In this document: in pieces, positions 10,303 through 18,697 of the stretch
Position numbering within the stretch: the first letter of the stretch is position 1
How the letters are laid out: each line of letters starts with the position of its first letter
Program-made: the position numbers and the translations under genes
Notes under the pieces: model-generated
The model's input: the letters and a program-made list of their open reading frames with translations, nothing else
What the model was told of the DNA's origin: nothing
The model's database searches: none
Virus record (IMG/VR): IMGVR_UViG_3300028384_001500
Span: 124,001 to 188,000 of that record
Length of the DNA stretch: 64,000 nt
Strand: one strand, 5' to 3'

Positions 10303-11451
10303 CTAGAAAATTGTAATTACTTTACCGTTAGGTATTGGTACGTACTTAAGTTGTTTTTGTATTTGTTCTGCCCTTGTTGCTTGTGTTTCAATAAGCTTGT
10401 CATAAGTCATACTGTCTAGCATTTCTCTTAACTTATCTTTAAGTCCATCTCTATCAGACCTCCCGTTGCTAATCAAATCAGAACTATTTAAAGAAACATC
10501 AGAATTAGGTACAGGAATGCTTCCAAATTTACCCCTAATATAACCTAACTGCTCCATTGAAATAGCTAGCGTGTAACTTCTAATCCACTGGCGACCTATG
10601 CTATTAATGCGGTTATACTTGACATTGCCAAAAGGAAGATTACTCATATTTGATACACCGTGAACTGTATCATCGCGATAAGCAGGTGATGTTGGATCTG
10701 GGTACTGTCTAATTCTTAAGAATAATTTAGATTCTGTTGTAGGAATAGGATAAATTCTAAAATTTGTCCCCATAACTTTGTAAGAAAAATTAGATCTTCG
10801 CACTCTATTTGAAAGGTCTAGTTGCCCACCACGCAAAAGATCTTCGTATACAGGAAGAATATAAAAGACTGTTTCAGGTGTAAAAGACTCAAAGCTAAAC
10901 TCGTTATTAAGGTAATTAATTGCTGATGTTGTGTCAAAAAATCTGTATGCTGCTTGAGGATTATAGTGAAACACTTCTTCAATTTTAATCTTTCCTTTTG
11001 TATTGTCAAAAAGAAGTCCATTAGCCCCACTTAACTCTGTGTAAATATTGTAGTCTTGTCTTCCTACTTCTAGCTGTATCGATCCTGATAAAGAATTATA
11101 AGACCCACCAATTCCAGCTTCCATAGCATAAGGTTCAGCAAAACGACCTAGAAACTCTAGATTTTCTCTAATAAATTTTTCTTCGCCACCAGTCATGCTA
11201 CCTGTAGAAAAACCTAGATAACTAACTAATTGTGACTTAGCTTGATATTGGTTTAATATAGAACTATATTCTAAAGTTGCTTCTTCAAAGTTACCCCATA
11301 TCTGCTTTTTAGTAAGTTCAACTGATAATATATCATCACCTAACTTTCTTTTTACAAAGGTAACAATATTATCAGCTTCGGTAGAAAAATCAGATTCACT
11401 ATCGTATATACCAAAGGGTGTAGGATTAGATGTATTTTCAAAATTTGCCAC
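10303..11451 (-). CDS. Neck / head-tail adaptor protein (gp13-like)
   Basis: RKLG..VELT..Q, WIRSYTLA...LGYIRGKF; GTG start preceded by GAGG. Confidence 0.8.
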   Translation of the reverse strand: MANFENTSNPTPFGIYDSESDFSTEADNIVTFVKRKLGDDILSVELTKKQIWGNFEEATLEYSSILNQYQAKSQLVSYLGFSTGSMTGGEEKFIRENLEFLGRFAEPYAMEAGIGGSYNSLSGSIQLEVGRQDYNIYTELSGANGLLFDNTKGKIKIEEVFHYNPQAAYRFFDTTSAINYLNNEFSFESFTPETVFYILPVYEDLLRGGQLDLSNRVRRSNFSYKVMGTNFRIYPIPTTESKLFLRIRQYPDPTSPAYRDDTVHGVSNMSNLPFGNVKYNRINSIGRQWIRSYTLAISMEQLGYIRGKFGSIPVPNSDVSLNSSDLISNGRSDRDGLKDKLREMLDSMTYDKLIETQATRAEQIQKQLKYVPIPNGKVITIF

Positions 11452-11513
11452 GCTTTTACCTCATGTATTTAAATATAATTAGGCTAAAAACTCAACAAAT
11501 ACTTAATTTAATT

Positions 11514-11807
11514 TTATTGGTTGTCGTAGGCACCAGCCATGATATCTTGACAGCATTCCATGATAATTCTTTTTGTAATTGGGCACTCACAACATTCAAC
11601 TAAACACATAATTGCTGCACAACAGTCTTCACGTGAAACACAATTTTTTGTTGACTTCGTCATTGAATAGTTGTGACCCATGTCTGGTCTTGAATCTGGA
11701 AATCCCACAGGATTCATCCCGCCATGACCCATATTAGTCATACCCATCATTTTGAATTCTTTTAAAATCATTTTTCTAATATTAGAGCGATTAATATTTT
11801 TTTCCAT
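11514..11807 (-). CDS. Small Cys/Met-rich protein with a leader-like N terminus
   Basis: NRSNIRKMILKE N terminus; 9 Cys in the C-terminal half (CC, CCEC, CC); AAGGA RBS. Confidence 0.7.
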   Translation of the reverse strand: MEKNINRSNIRKMILKEFKMMGMTNMGHGGMNPVGFPDSRPDMGHNYSMTKSTKNCVSREDCCAAIMCLVECCECPITKRIIMECCQDIMAGAYDNQ

Positions 11808-11837
11808 GGTACATCCTTTTATTTCTATTATATATAT

Positions 11838-12242
11838 CTACTTATTTTTATATTTTCTTTTTGAATGCAACAGATCTTCTTCATGCCCGTCAACACCGTG
11901 TGACTCATGTGCTTCACCTAAATCATCGCTGTCTTTTACTTTCTCTAGTAAAATTGCAGGTATGTCAGTCTCAATTCCAATGCTAGGCCATTTTACATCA
12001 TATATTGCTATATGACCGCTTTCGTCCAGGCTGTGCCAGAGCACCTTTCCTATTTCATTTAAAGCAGAATCCTTCCGCTTAACATGAGTTAGTCATGTAT
12101 GGCCAATAATGTCATCAGCTGACTTGTCTCTTTTGGTTACATGGTCTAATCCGTAAGAGAACCCTTGTTCTTTACTAGCATAAGAAAGCCTATCTAATTC
12201 TTCTTTAATCAAACTTTTTAATTGGTTTTTTGTTAATTTCAT
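11838..12242 (-). CDS. Candidate selenoprotein, 134 aa, UGA at codon 50 (12093..12095) read as Sec
   Basis: ATG at 12242 overlaps the upstream stop (ATGA). Reads MKLTKNQLKSLIKEE...IIGHT-UGA-LTHVKRKDSALNEIGKVLWHSLDESGHIAIYDVKW..., in frame with track ORF 11838..12044. SECIS-like hairpin follows the UGA. Confidence 0.75.
12056..12086 (-). promoter_or_regulatory. Putative bacterial-type SECIS element
   Basis: CAUGUUAAGCGGAA-GGA-UUCUGCUUUAAAUG: 8-bp upper stem, bulged U, lower stem; G-starting apical loop begins 20 nt after the UGA. Confidence 0.7.
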
Positions 12243-12574
12243 TTTTTAGGCCCACCTTCTGTATATCCTGTGCAACTATTTGTTGCTTTACAAGAAAAGC
12301 CAAATGCGTGACAAAAAGCTGATGATTTATTCTTTGCAGTTACACCCGCCTCAATAGCTTCTTTTGATATATCATATGCAGCACAAGTTTTACAATATTT
12401 AACTTTGCCAAATTTATCTTCTAAAAACTCTTTTAAATCTTTGCGTTTTTTAGGATTACCGTATTTAGCATTTTTAATTGCTTTTTGTTTTCCGCCTTTG
12501 ACTTTCTTAAATGCATTGGCTTTTTTAGCAGCTTCTCTAATTAAATATTTTAGCTGCCCTAATGTAATTCTCAT
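12239..12574 (-). CDS. Leader-bearing small protein with a Cys cluster (HiPIP-like spacing)
   Basis: MRITLGQLKYLIRE leader; CKTC...FCHAFGFSCKATNSC. Confidence 0.75.
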   Translation of the reverse strand: MRITLGQLKYLIREAAKKANAFKKVKGGKQKAIKNAKYGNPKKRKDLKEFLEDKFGKVKYCKTCAAYDISKEAIEAGVTAKNKSSAFCHAFGFSCKATNSCTGYTEGGPKK

Positions 12575-13863
12575 TTTTTCTTTCTCATTCTTTTTGTTTT
12601 CTTTTTGCTAGCTTCTTTACGCTTTTTTGCATACTCGTATGCTTTTTTAAGACGCTTTTTCGTAGCAGGATCTTTTGCATTTTTATACGCAGCTCGTACA
12701 CGCTGGTGTATAAGATTAATTATCTGTGACTGTCGCTTATGACTTTTAGATTTAAAACTTTTTTTAGATAGCGTTTTTTTAATATCAGAAGCGGTTTTAA
12801 ATTTTACAGACACAGTATCCTTAGGATTTTCGTCTGTGTAGAGTCTTCTTCCACTACCTTTAGGTTTTTTACCTGTACCTACCTTTGGATCTTTTTTTTT
12901 TGACTCGCGCAAGTTTTCTTTTTTTGCTTTTTCTCGATTATAGGCTTCTATTTCTTCCGGGGTAGGTGAATTATTAAATGCATCTACAAAGTCAGATCTT
13001 CTGGTGCCTTGTATTCGATAATCGTCAAAATATACATTGTCTGTCCTAGATGTAAGCATGTTCCACACTTCTGCCATGGATTGTATACCTCTTTTTCGCC
13101 AAGAACTGGTTGTTCCAAAAGGATTGCGTGCCATGGCAGCAGCAGACTCAGGTGAAACTCCATTATAAAAGACGTCGTCAAGAACACCTTCCTCGTGGTA
13201 TAATTCTGAATAACAATCGTCATCCGGATCAGGTGTTAGGCCAAAAAAGTCCATTTCGTCACTTCCTTTCGCTGTGGTCTGCTTATAATACACACCTTGA
13301 TTCTCAGGAGCATTAACTTTAGAGTCAATAATGTTATTAATGACATCAGTGTTTCCACCTTCAAAGTCAGTTGTTATACCAGCTGGTGCAATTGGTGCGA
13401 CAACCTCACAATAATAAAAAATCAGGTCAAACATTAGATCGCCAATACCTCTGTTTTGGGCATTTACAGAAGTATAAATTGAACTAACTGAATATGTATT
13501 TGGTATACATTTAGCATCATGCCAGTATCTTACTTCTCCGTCTTCGTCTGCACCAACGGCGTCTTCTTCAACGCCCGGGCCTAATTTTCTTATGTAATGT
13601 ATTCTTTGATCGACGACTTCGTCATCTAATACTTTTAAAGGGTGTCCTTGCAATTGTCCTGTCAACTTAGTTAAGGTCGCTGACGCAATCAAGTCCCCTC
13701 CGTTAAAAAGGTCAAGTATTGTGATCTCTTCGTTGCCGTCATCTAAAGTTTCTTGATATCTTAAAGATAGACTAGGTAACGCTGCTAGTAGACTGTCATG
13801 TTGAGTAGTCTCAAGTATTATCTTTCTGATTGATTCTCTGATAAGTTTTCTTAATAAATTCAT
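12571..13863 (-). CDS. Leader-bearing protein with a GNAT-like domain and a basic C-terminal domain
   Basis: MNLLRKLIRE; VSSIYTSVNAQNRGIGDLMF resembles GNAT motif A (QxxGxG); Lys-rich tail GTGKKPKGSGRRLYTDENPKDTV after an internal LRE. Confidence 0.6.
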   Translation of the reverse strand: MNLLRKLIRESIRKIILETTQHDSLLAALPSLSLRYQETLDDGNEEITILDLFNGGDLIASATLTKLTGQLQGHPLKVLDDEVVDQRIHYIRKLGPGVEEDAVGADEDGEVRYWHDAKCIPNTYSVSSIYTSVNAQNRGIGDLMFDLIFYYCEVVAPIAPAGITTDFEGGNTDVINNIIDSKVNAPENQGVYYKQTTAKGSDEMDFFGLTPDPDDDCYSELYHEEGVLDDVFYNGVSPESAAAMARNPFGTTSSWRKRGIQSMAEVWNMLTSRTDNVYFDDYRIQGTRRSDFVDAFNNSPTPEEIEAYNREKAKKENLRESKKKDPKVGTGKKPKGSGRRLYTDENPKDTVSVKFKTASDIKKTLSKKSFKSKSHKRQSQIINLIHQRVRAAYKNAKDPATKKRLKKAYEYAKKRKEASKKKTKRMRKKK

Positions 13864-14032
13864 TAAAACGTCTCACGCGTGTTTTTACTATTCCTTTATA
13901 TATATCAAAGTACATATGCAAAATAAAAAGAAATACTAGTAGAAAGAATAAGTCCAACGGGAACATGTAATCATCCCATAATTTTTGCAATCTTTTTTTA
14001 ATGCCCATATTTTTATGTATACATTCTATACT

Positions 14033-14061
14033 AAAAAAGACGCCTCGAAAGACGTCTTTTT
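14033..14061 (-). terminator. Intrinsic terminator with UUCG loop
   Basis: AGACGTCT-TTCG-AGGCGTCT-TTTTT. Confidence 0.8.
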
Positions 14062-14081
14062 AATAAAACTTAAATTAGCTA

Positions 14082-14345
14082 TTAGGTTTGGCCACCTACT
14101 TCAGTACCATCACTATCTTGTGTTGGAACTGCATTATGTCTTTTAAGAGTACCATCTGACTCAAAAAACAAATACCAAGTTTCTCCTGTTGGTGCTTGCA
14201 AAGAAATATAAGATGGTTTGTTTGAATCAGATCCACATTTTAAATCAATGTGTCCTGCTTCTGCTGATCCTGAGACAGCAACTTCAAAGCCACCGCCTGA
14301 TAGCTGATGTAGACCTTTTGTGTCCGTTACGAGTACTTTTGGCAT
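14082..14345 (-). CDS. Small beta-rich protein, possible virion decoration protein
   Basis: 87 aa, AAGGAG RBS, own leader and terminator. Confidence 0.6.
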   Translation of the reverse strand: MPKVLVTDTKGLHQLSGGGFEVAVSGSAEAGHIDLKCGSDSNKPSYISLQAPTGETWYLFFESDGTLKRHNAVPTQDSDGTEVGGQT

Positions 14346-14366
14346 AATCTTCTCCTTTTATAAATT

Positions 14367-14423
14367 TGTCCACAAGATTCCGACACGACGGTGGGATCGC
14401 CTTTATGCTGTGTGCCGGGCCTG
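14367..14423 (-). ncRNA. Candidate structured 5' leader RNA (possible pseudoknot)
   Basis: GC-rich island in an AT-rich intergenic region; CCGGCAC/GUGUCGG stem, inner GGCG/CGUC hairpin whose loop CCAC is complementary to downstream GUGG. Confidence 0.45.
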
Positions 14424-14433
14424 TTTATATTTA

Positions 14434-14682
14434 TTAACTAAAAATTAATTTTTCTAACATTTCTTTATATTGAGGTCGCGTCATACCTTCTGGTCGCTCT
14501 TGCGTTCTTTTTTGCAAGTACTCCAAAATTTTGTCAACCCTAGGGTCAGCTCCACTTTTTGCTTTTGCTAGTTCCTTTTTAAGAGCTGCAACTTCTTTTT
14601 GCAAAGCAGCAACTTTTTTCTCTAGGTCTGCGTGTTTATGTTCTGGTGCAGCAGATGCTGCTGTAGTTTTCTTTGCTGGCAT
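14434..14682 (-). CDS. Small coiled-coil hypothetical protein
   Basis: GGAGG RBS; heptads LEKKVAALQKEVAALKKEL. Confidence 0.75.
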   Translation of the reverse strand: MPAKKTTAASAAPEHKHADLEKKVAALQKEVAALKKELAKAKSGADPRVDKILEYLQKRTQERPEGMTRPQYKEMLEKLIFS

Positions 14683-14763
14683 GTTTTCCTCCGTTTATTT
14701 GTTATATTATAACATGTCTAGTATAAATATAAATAATAATATCTTTTTTCCAGGAGGTCATAT

Positions 14764-15102
14764 ATGAAACCCATCATCATTCAAAACAGCAAAATACCTG
14801 TTTATTTGTCAATATTTATTAGCATTGGTGCAATTACTCTGTTCCCTTTTATTATCTCACGAGATGAAATGAGCGAAACCACAATAAGACATGAATGCAT
14901 ACACATAGAACAACAACGTGAGCTCTGGGTTGTTCCTTTTTATCTACTATATGGTTTTTATTGGCTCAAAGGAAAGTTGTCAGGAATGACAAACGACGAG
15001 GCTTATATGAATATTCCGTTTGAACAAGAAGCTTATCGAAAAATGTATGACAAAGAGTATTTAAAAACAAGAAAGCGTTTTGCCTGGAAGGAGTATGTTT
15101 AA
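14764..15102 (+). CDS. Small zincin-like metalloprotein; only credible plus-strand gene
   Basis: AGGAGG RBS; AITLFPFI, RHECIH (HExxH), PFEQEAY. Confidence 0.8.
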   Translation: MKPIIIQNSKIPVYLSIFISIGAITLFPFIISRDEMSETTIRHECIHIEQQRELWVVPFYLLYGFYWLKGKLSGMTNDEAYMNIPFEQEAYRKMYDKEYLKTRKRFAWKEYV

Positions 15103-15947
15103 TAAAGTTCATCTGCCCATGATGAGTCAAATTTTGATGCAGGCATAGAGCTGTATCCTAGTTCAATTCTTAGATTGTCCATAATATTCTCTGCTTTTTT
15201 ATAAGTCTTTTCTGAATGTAGTTCGCTTTCATTATAAAGACGTTGAAGCTGATAGAGGGCGTCTAAAAGAGAGTCCGATCCATCAATATCTTTAGCTGCC
15301 ATTCTTGACGTGACGTCTATCGCTGCAGGTAAAATGCGATCAATGCTGGAAGAAAATACATCATTTGATGCATCTAAACCTACTACTTTATATTTGTTTT
15401 TTACAACTTCTTGCTTCCATATTTTTTCAAAGTTTTTCTTACCGTTAGGGCTTAACTGCGCTACTAAATCATTTGGAAATTTAAGCGCGTCTCTAGAGTT
15501 GAAACCGTTAACAAAAGTATTTAATATTTCATAAATTTTTTCTTCTGGGGAACCACCATACGGTCTTTTAAATGGTGTTGATTTGCATAGCCACATAAAT
15601 CCTGGTGAATACTCACTTGTAGGTGGTGCTGGATTAATACCTATACCGGCAATTTGAACTAGTATTTTTTCACGGCTTGACTGGTACCATAAAGTTTTTT
15701 TACCACTTTTATCTTTGCATAAAAAAGCATAATTATTATGCCAGTTTTGACGGACTAGAAAGAATTCATCAATGACTAAATACTCTCTATAATAATCTTT
15801 TATTTTTTGTCTATCTTGTAGTTCAATTTTTGCAGCTTCAGCTTCAGCTTCAAGACGTCTTGTTTTCTTACTTTTAAAGAAGTCAAAAAATCCTTCATTT
15901 AACTCTTGATATATCACCTGCCGGAGTTGTTTTTTTGTCATTAACAT
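15099..15947 (-). CDS. Leader-bearing hypothetical protein
   Basis: MLMTKKQLRQVIYQELNEG N terminus. Confidence 0.75.
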   Translation of the reverse strand: MLMTKKQLRQVIYQELNEGFFDFFKSKKTRRLEAEAEAAKIELQDRQKIKDYYREYLVIDEFFLVRQNWHNNYAFLCKDKSGKKTLWYQSSREKILVQIAGIGINPAPPTSEYSPGFMWLCKSTPFKRPYGGSPEEKIYEILNTFVNGFNSRDALKFPNDLVAQLSPNGKKNFEKIWKQEVVKNKYKVVGLDASNDVFSSSIDRILPAAIDVTSRMAAKDIDGSDSLLDALYQLQRLYNESELHSEKTYKKAENIMDNLRIELGYSSMPASKFDSSWADELY

Positions 15948-15950
15948 GTT

Positions 15951-16484
15951 TTAAATCCATTCATCGCTAAAACTATCTTCTTCAATATCAGGTGTCCATC
16001 CCGGGCTATATCTTTGAATTGCTGCGTCGTTTAATTCACCCACATATCTTCCATCGTACAAGTCTTCAACATCAATAATATGTGTAAAGGGAGCGAATCC
16101 AGGACGAGGTGTTCTTAAAAGATTAAGAACTTCACCAACTAAATCCTCGTTTTCTGGATAATGATTTTGTCCTAGAGAATTGTCAAACCTCTTTTGCTTA
16201 ACAACTAGACTTACACCGTTTGGAGATCTAGGTGGCTTAGGTATCTCTATGTGTGTTTCATAAACACTTAAGACTTCACTAAACATTTGTGCAAACTCAA
16301 GTGTGGCAAAATCAGGGTTCTGTATATACGTAAAAAGATAACCGTTTGGTCCGGGCTGTTGATATATGCTAACAGCTCGCATGCCTGGCTTTTTTAAGTG
16401 AGGTGGAAAGTTAACTGGGTATGATTCATAGCCACCAATAGACTCAAATATTAACTTTCTTAACTGTGATATTGTTATTTTCAT
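15951..16484 (-). CDS. Leader-bearing hypothetical protein
   Basis: MKITISQLRKLIFES N terminus. Confidence 0.8.
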   Translation of the reverse strand: MKITISQLRKLIFESIGGYESYPVNFPPHLKKPGMRAVSIYQQPGPNGYLFTYIQNPDFATLEFAQMFSEVLSVYETHIEIPKPPRSPNGVSLVVKQKRFDNSLGQNHYPENEDLVGEVLNLLRTPRPGFAPFTHIIDVEDLYDGRYVGELNDAAIQRYSPGWTPDIEEDSFSDEWI

Positions 16485-16493
16485 TGGAATCTC

Positions 16494-17888
16494 TCAAGTA
16501 AGTTGCATGTATTGCTCAAATTTTGGTCTTAAAGAATGTACAGGATTCATACCTATTTCTGCTTTAAAGGCTCCATTCTTCCATTTTTTAATTTCTATTT
16601 TTTCTAAACTAAAATATTCTTTAAATATACCGTACCTTTTAATAGCGTATCTAAACCATAATCCAACTAGTTTATTGCATAATTCATTATGTCTGTCTAG
16701 CAAGCTTTGCAAGTCTATTCCAATTTTTTGCAAACTATATGCATCTTCATACATTGCTTTAATTTGATCCTGTCCTTGCTTTTTAATTTTGTTAATACTT
16801 TCTTGACATCTATTGTAAAAGTGATTAATAACACTGGACTTTCTTTTAAAAGATATATCTTTTTTTGTCATATTTTTGTAACTTGCCTTTTCATGTTTAT
16901 TAGTGGTACTTGATCGAATACGTGCAACTCTCATCATTCCCACTACCCATGCTTCTATTTCTATCTTAGTAAAATAATAATATACTAAAAAGAGTGGTGG
17001 ATTACGATACTTATTATATGAATCAAATATCACAGGAGATAATCTTAAAAAATCTTCTGCCAAATAACCTAGCTGGTCTTTGATTGGCGAAATTCTTTTT
17101 ATACTTTTTACAAAATCATTAGTTTTTTTCAAAAAATCACGATCGTGAAGTTCTCCCATTTTGTCAACCACTAGCATTTCTCGTTTAGTTTTTAAATAAA
17201 ACGACTTGACCAGACTAGAATACTTCATTAATCCTTCACTCTCATCATATTGCCTATCAAGATAACTTATTTCGCTAGCCTCGGGAGCGTCTCTTAAATC
17301 AACTTTATTAAACTCATTAGATTGCTTAAAGTGATGTATTTCATGAAAAGCAGTTGATTGGAATTGTTCAATTACTTCATTAATACCACCGTAATTGTTT
17401 CTTTCTCTGTCATCAAAGGCTGCAAAACCTGGATGTATTCCAAGCGTCAAAGTTAATGTATTGTCGTAAGGGTTGTATCCACCACCACCCGGGAAGAACT
17501 TAAGACCTTCTAAAAAACCCGCGCTGTTATATCCTGAATAACGAATCTTAATTTTTAAGCCATCAAGTTTGTTTATAGATGAATTCTTATTCAGTGTTTT
17601 CTTTTTTGCGTTCTCTAATATTTCTTCACTTTCTTCTGATAGTTCTGAAAAAGCGTTTTTAATATCGTCAGTTACTTTTTTGTAATTTCCGCTATCTAGA
17701 TTACTCTCCAACCAAAAGTCTGTCGATTTTACATTTTTATTTAATGATTCTATTTTTTTAATTTTTTCTACTATCGCATTGATAGTTTCCCGGACAAGTA
17801 TTCCAGTACCTTGAGCGTCTCTCCTGGAAGCTTCTTTTAAAACAGATTTACATATTAATTTTCTCAATTTACTTCTTGTAATTTTCAT
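16494..17888 (-). CDS. Leader-bearing zincin-like metallopeptidase
   Basis: MKITRSKLRKLI..LKE; GGGYNP, FHEIHHFKQ, downstream YYFTKIEIEAW (third-ligand Glu). Confidence 0.65.
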   Translation of the reverse strand: MKITRSKLRKLICKSVLKEASRRDAQGTGILVRETINAIVEKIKKIESLNKNVKSTDFWLESNLDSGNYKKVTDDIKNAFSELSEESEEILENAKKKTLNKNSSINKLDGLKIKIRYSGYNSAGFLEGLKFFPGGGGYNPYDNTLTLTLGIHPGFAAFDDRERNNYGGINEVIEQFQSTAFHEIHHFKQSNEFNKVDLRDAPEASEISYLDRQYDESEGLMKYSSLVKSFYLKTKREMLVVDKMGELHDRDFLKKTNDFVKSIKRISPIKDQLGYLAEDFLRLSPVIFDSYNKYRNPPLFLVYYYFTKIEIEAWVVGMMRVARIRSSTTNKHEKASYKNMTKKDISFKRKSSVINHFYNRCQESINKIKKQGQDQIKAMYEDAYSLQKIGIDLQSLLDRHNELCNKLVGLWFRYAIKRYGIFKEYFSLEKIEIKKWKNGAFKAEIGMNPVHSLRPKFEQYMQLT

Positions 17889-18697
17889 TAGTAGGCCCCT
17901 TCTACACCACCGTCAATTATAACAAACCGGCCATCTTCTAGGCTTCTTCCAATATTTCCGTAACCTAGATCATTAATGTCATTTTCACTCATAACGTGCA
18001 ATAATAATTGCATGTCCGGGCAATTAAGAATTAAACTTTTTATACTTTCCAACCCTATACTTTCAAGCATACCAGTAACATGAGAATTATTAGCAAACAT
18101 ATAATTAGTCACTGTATTTAACCCATCATTAACAATTTCTTCAATTGTCCAATCGTCATAATTTATATCGTCAGGTAGAAAGGTCATAAATATAGACCCT
18201 ATTAATGAAATATTACCGGTAGTATTGTCAGAATATCGGTTAAATTCTTGCGATAATCTTTGCATACTTTTAAAGCTGCTAATAACTGCTTCTCCTAACC
18301 CATAAGGCGTGTGGATAGGAGGTGTGTTTTCAACAATAAGCCATCTAAACTCTGGGTCATGCACATAAACCTTTGGAAATATTTTGGTATAGCGGTTAAA
18401 TAAATCTATTTCTTTTTTATTGTATTTTACACCGCTATCGTTTCCTATGTCAATGTGAGCAACTTTTGCGACTAAGCCAGGCCGTCCATTAATTTCATAG
18501 ACACCGCGATAACTACCTGCGCCAATATTATCACCAATATTTTCCTCTAGCCAGCCGGGTAATTCTGGATATAGTCTTGAGTCAGCTTTTTCAGGATTAT
18601 CCATTAAACGAGTAATAGTTGGGCCAAAATGCTTTCTTTCTCGATCTGTAAAAGACTCCCATATTAATTGCTTTAACTGACTTCTTGTTATTTTCAT
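17888..18697 (-). CDS. Leader-bearing protein-kinase-like protein
   Basis: IGAGSYRGVY (Gly loop), VAKVA (Lys), helix-C Glu, NDLGYGNIG (catalytic loop), IIDGG (DFG-like). Confidence 0.75.
   Translation of the reverse strand: MKITRSQLKQLIWESFTDRERKHFGPTITRLMDNPEKADSRLYPELPGWLEENIGDNIGAGSYRGVYEINGRPGLVAKVAHIDIGNDSGVKYNKKEIDLFNRYTKIFPKVYVHDPEFRWLIVENTPPIHTPYGLGEAVISSFKSMQRLSQEFNRYSDNTTGNISLIGSIFMTFLPDDINYDDWTIEEIVNDGLNTVTNYMFANNSHVTGMLESIGLESIKSLILNCPDMQLLLHVMSENDINDLGYGNIGRSLEDGRFVIIDGGVEGAY

Noticed and set aside
11838-12044. Stand-alone 68-aa GTG-started ORF from the track
   Set aside because: Poorly spaced RBS; better explained as the C-terminal part of 12242->11838.
13811-14008. 65-aa ORF with a hydrophobic stretch
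   Set aside because: No RBS, overlaps the next gene by 53 nt and contains its promoter-like motif. A small membrane protein cannot be fully excluded.
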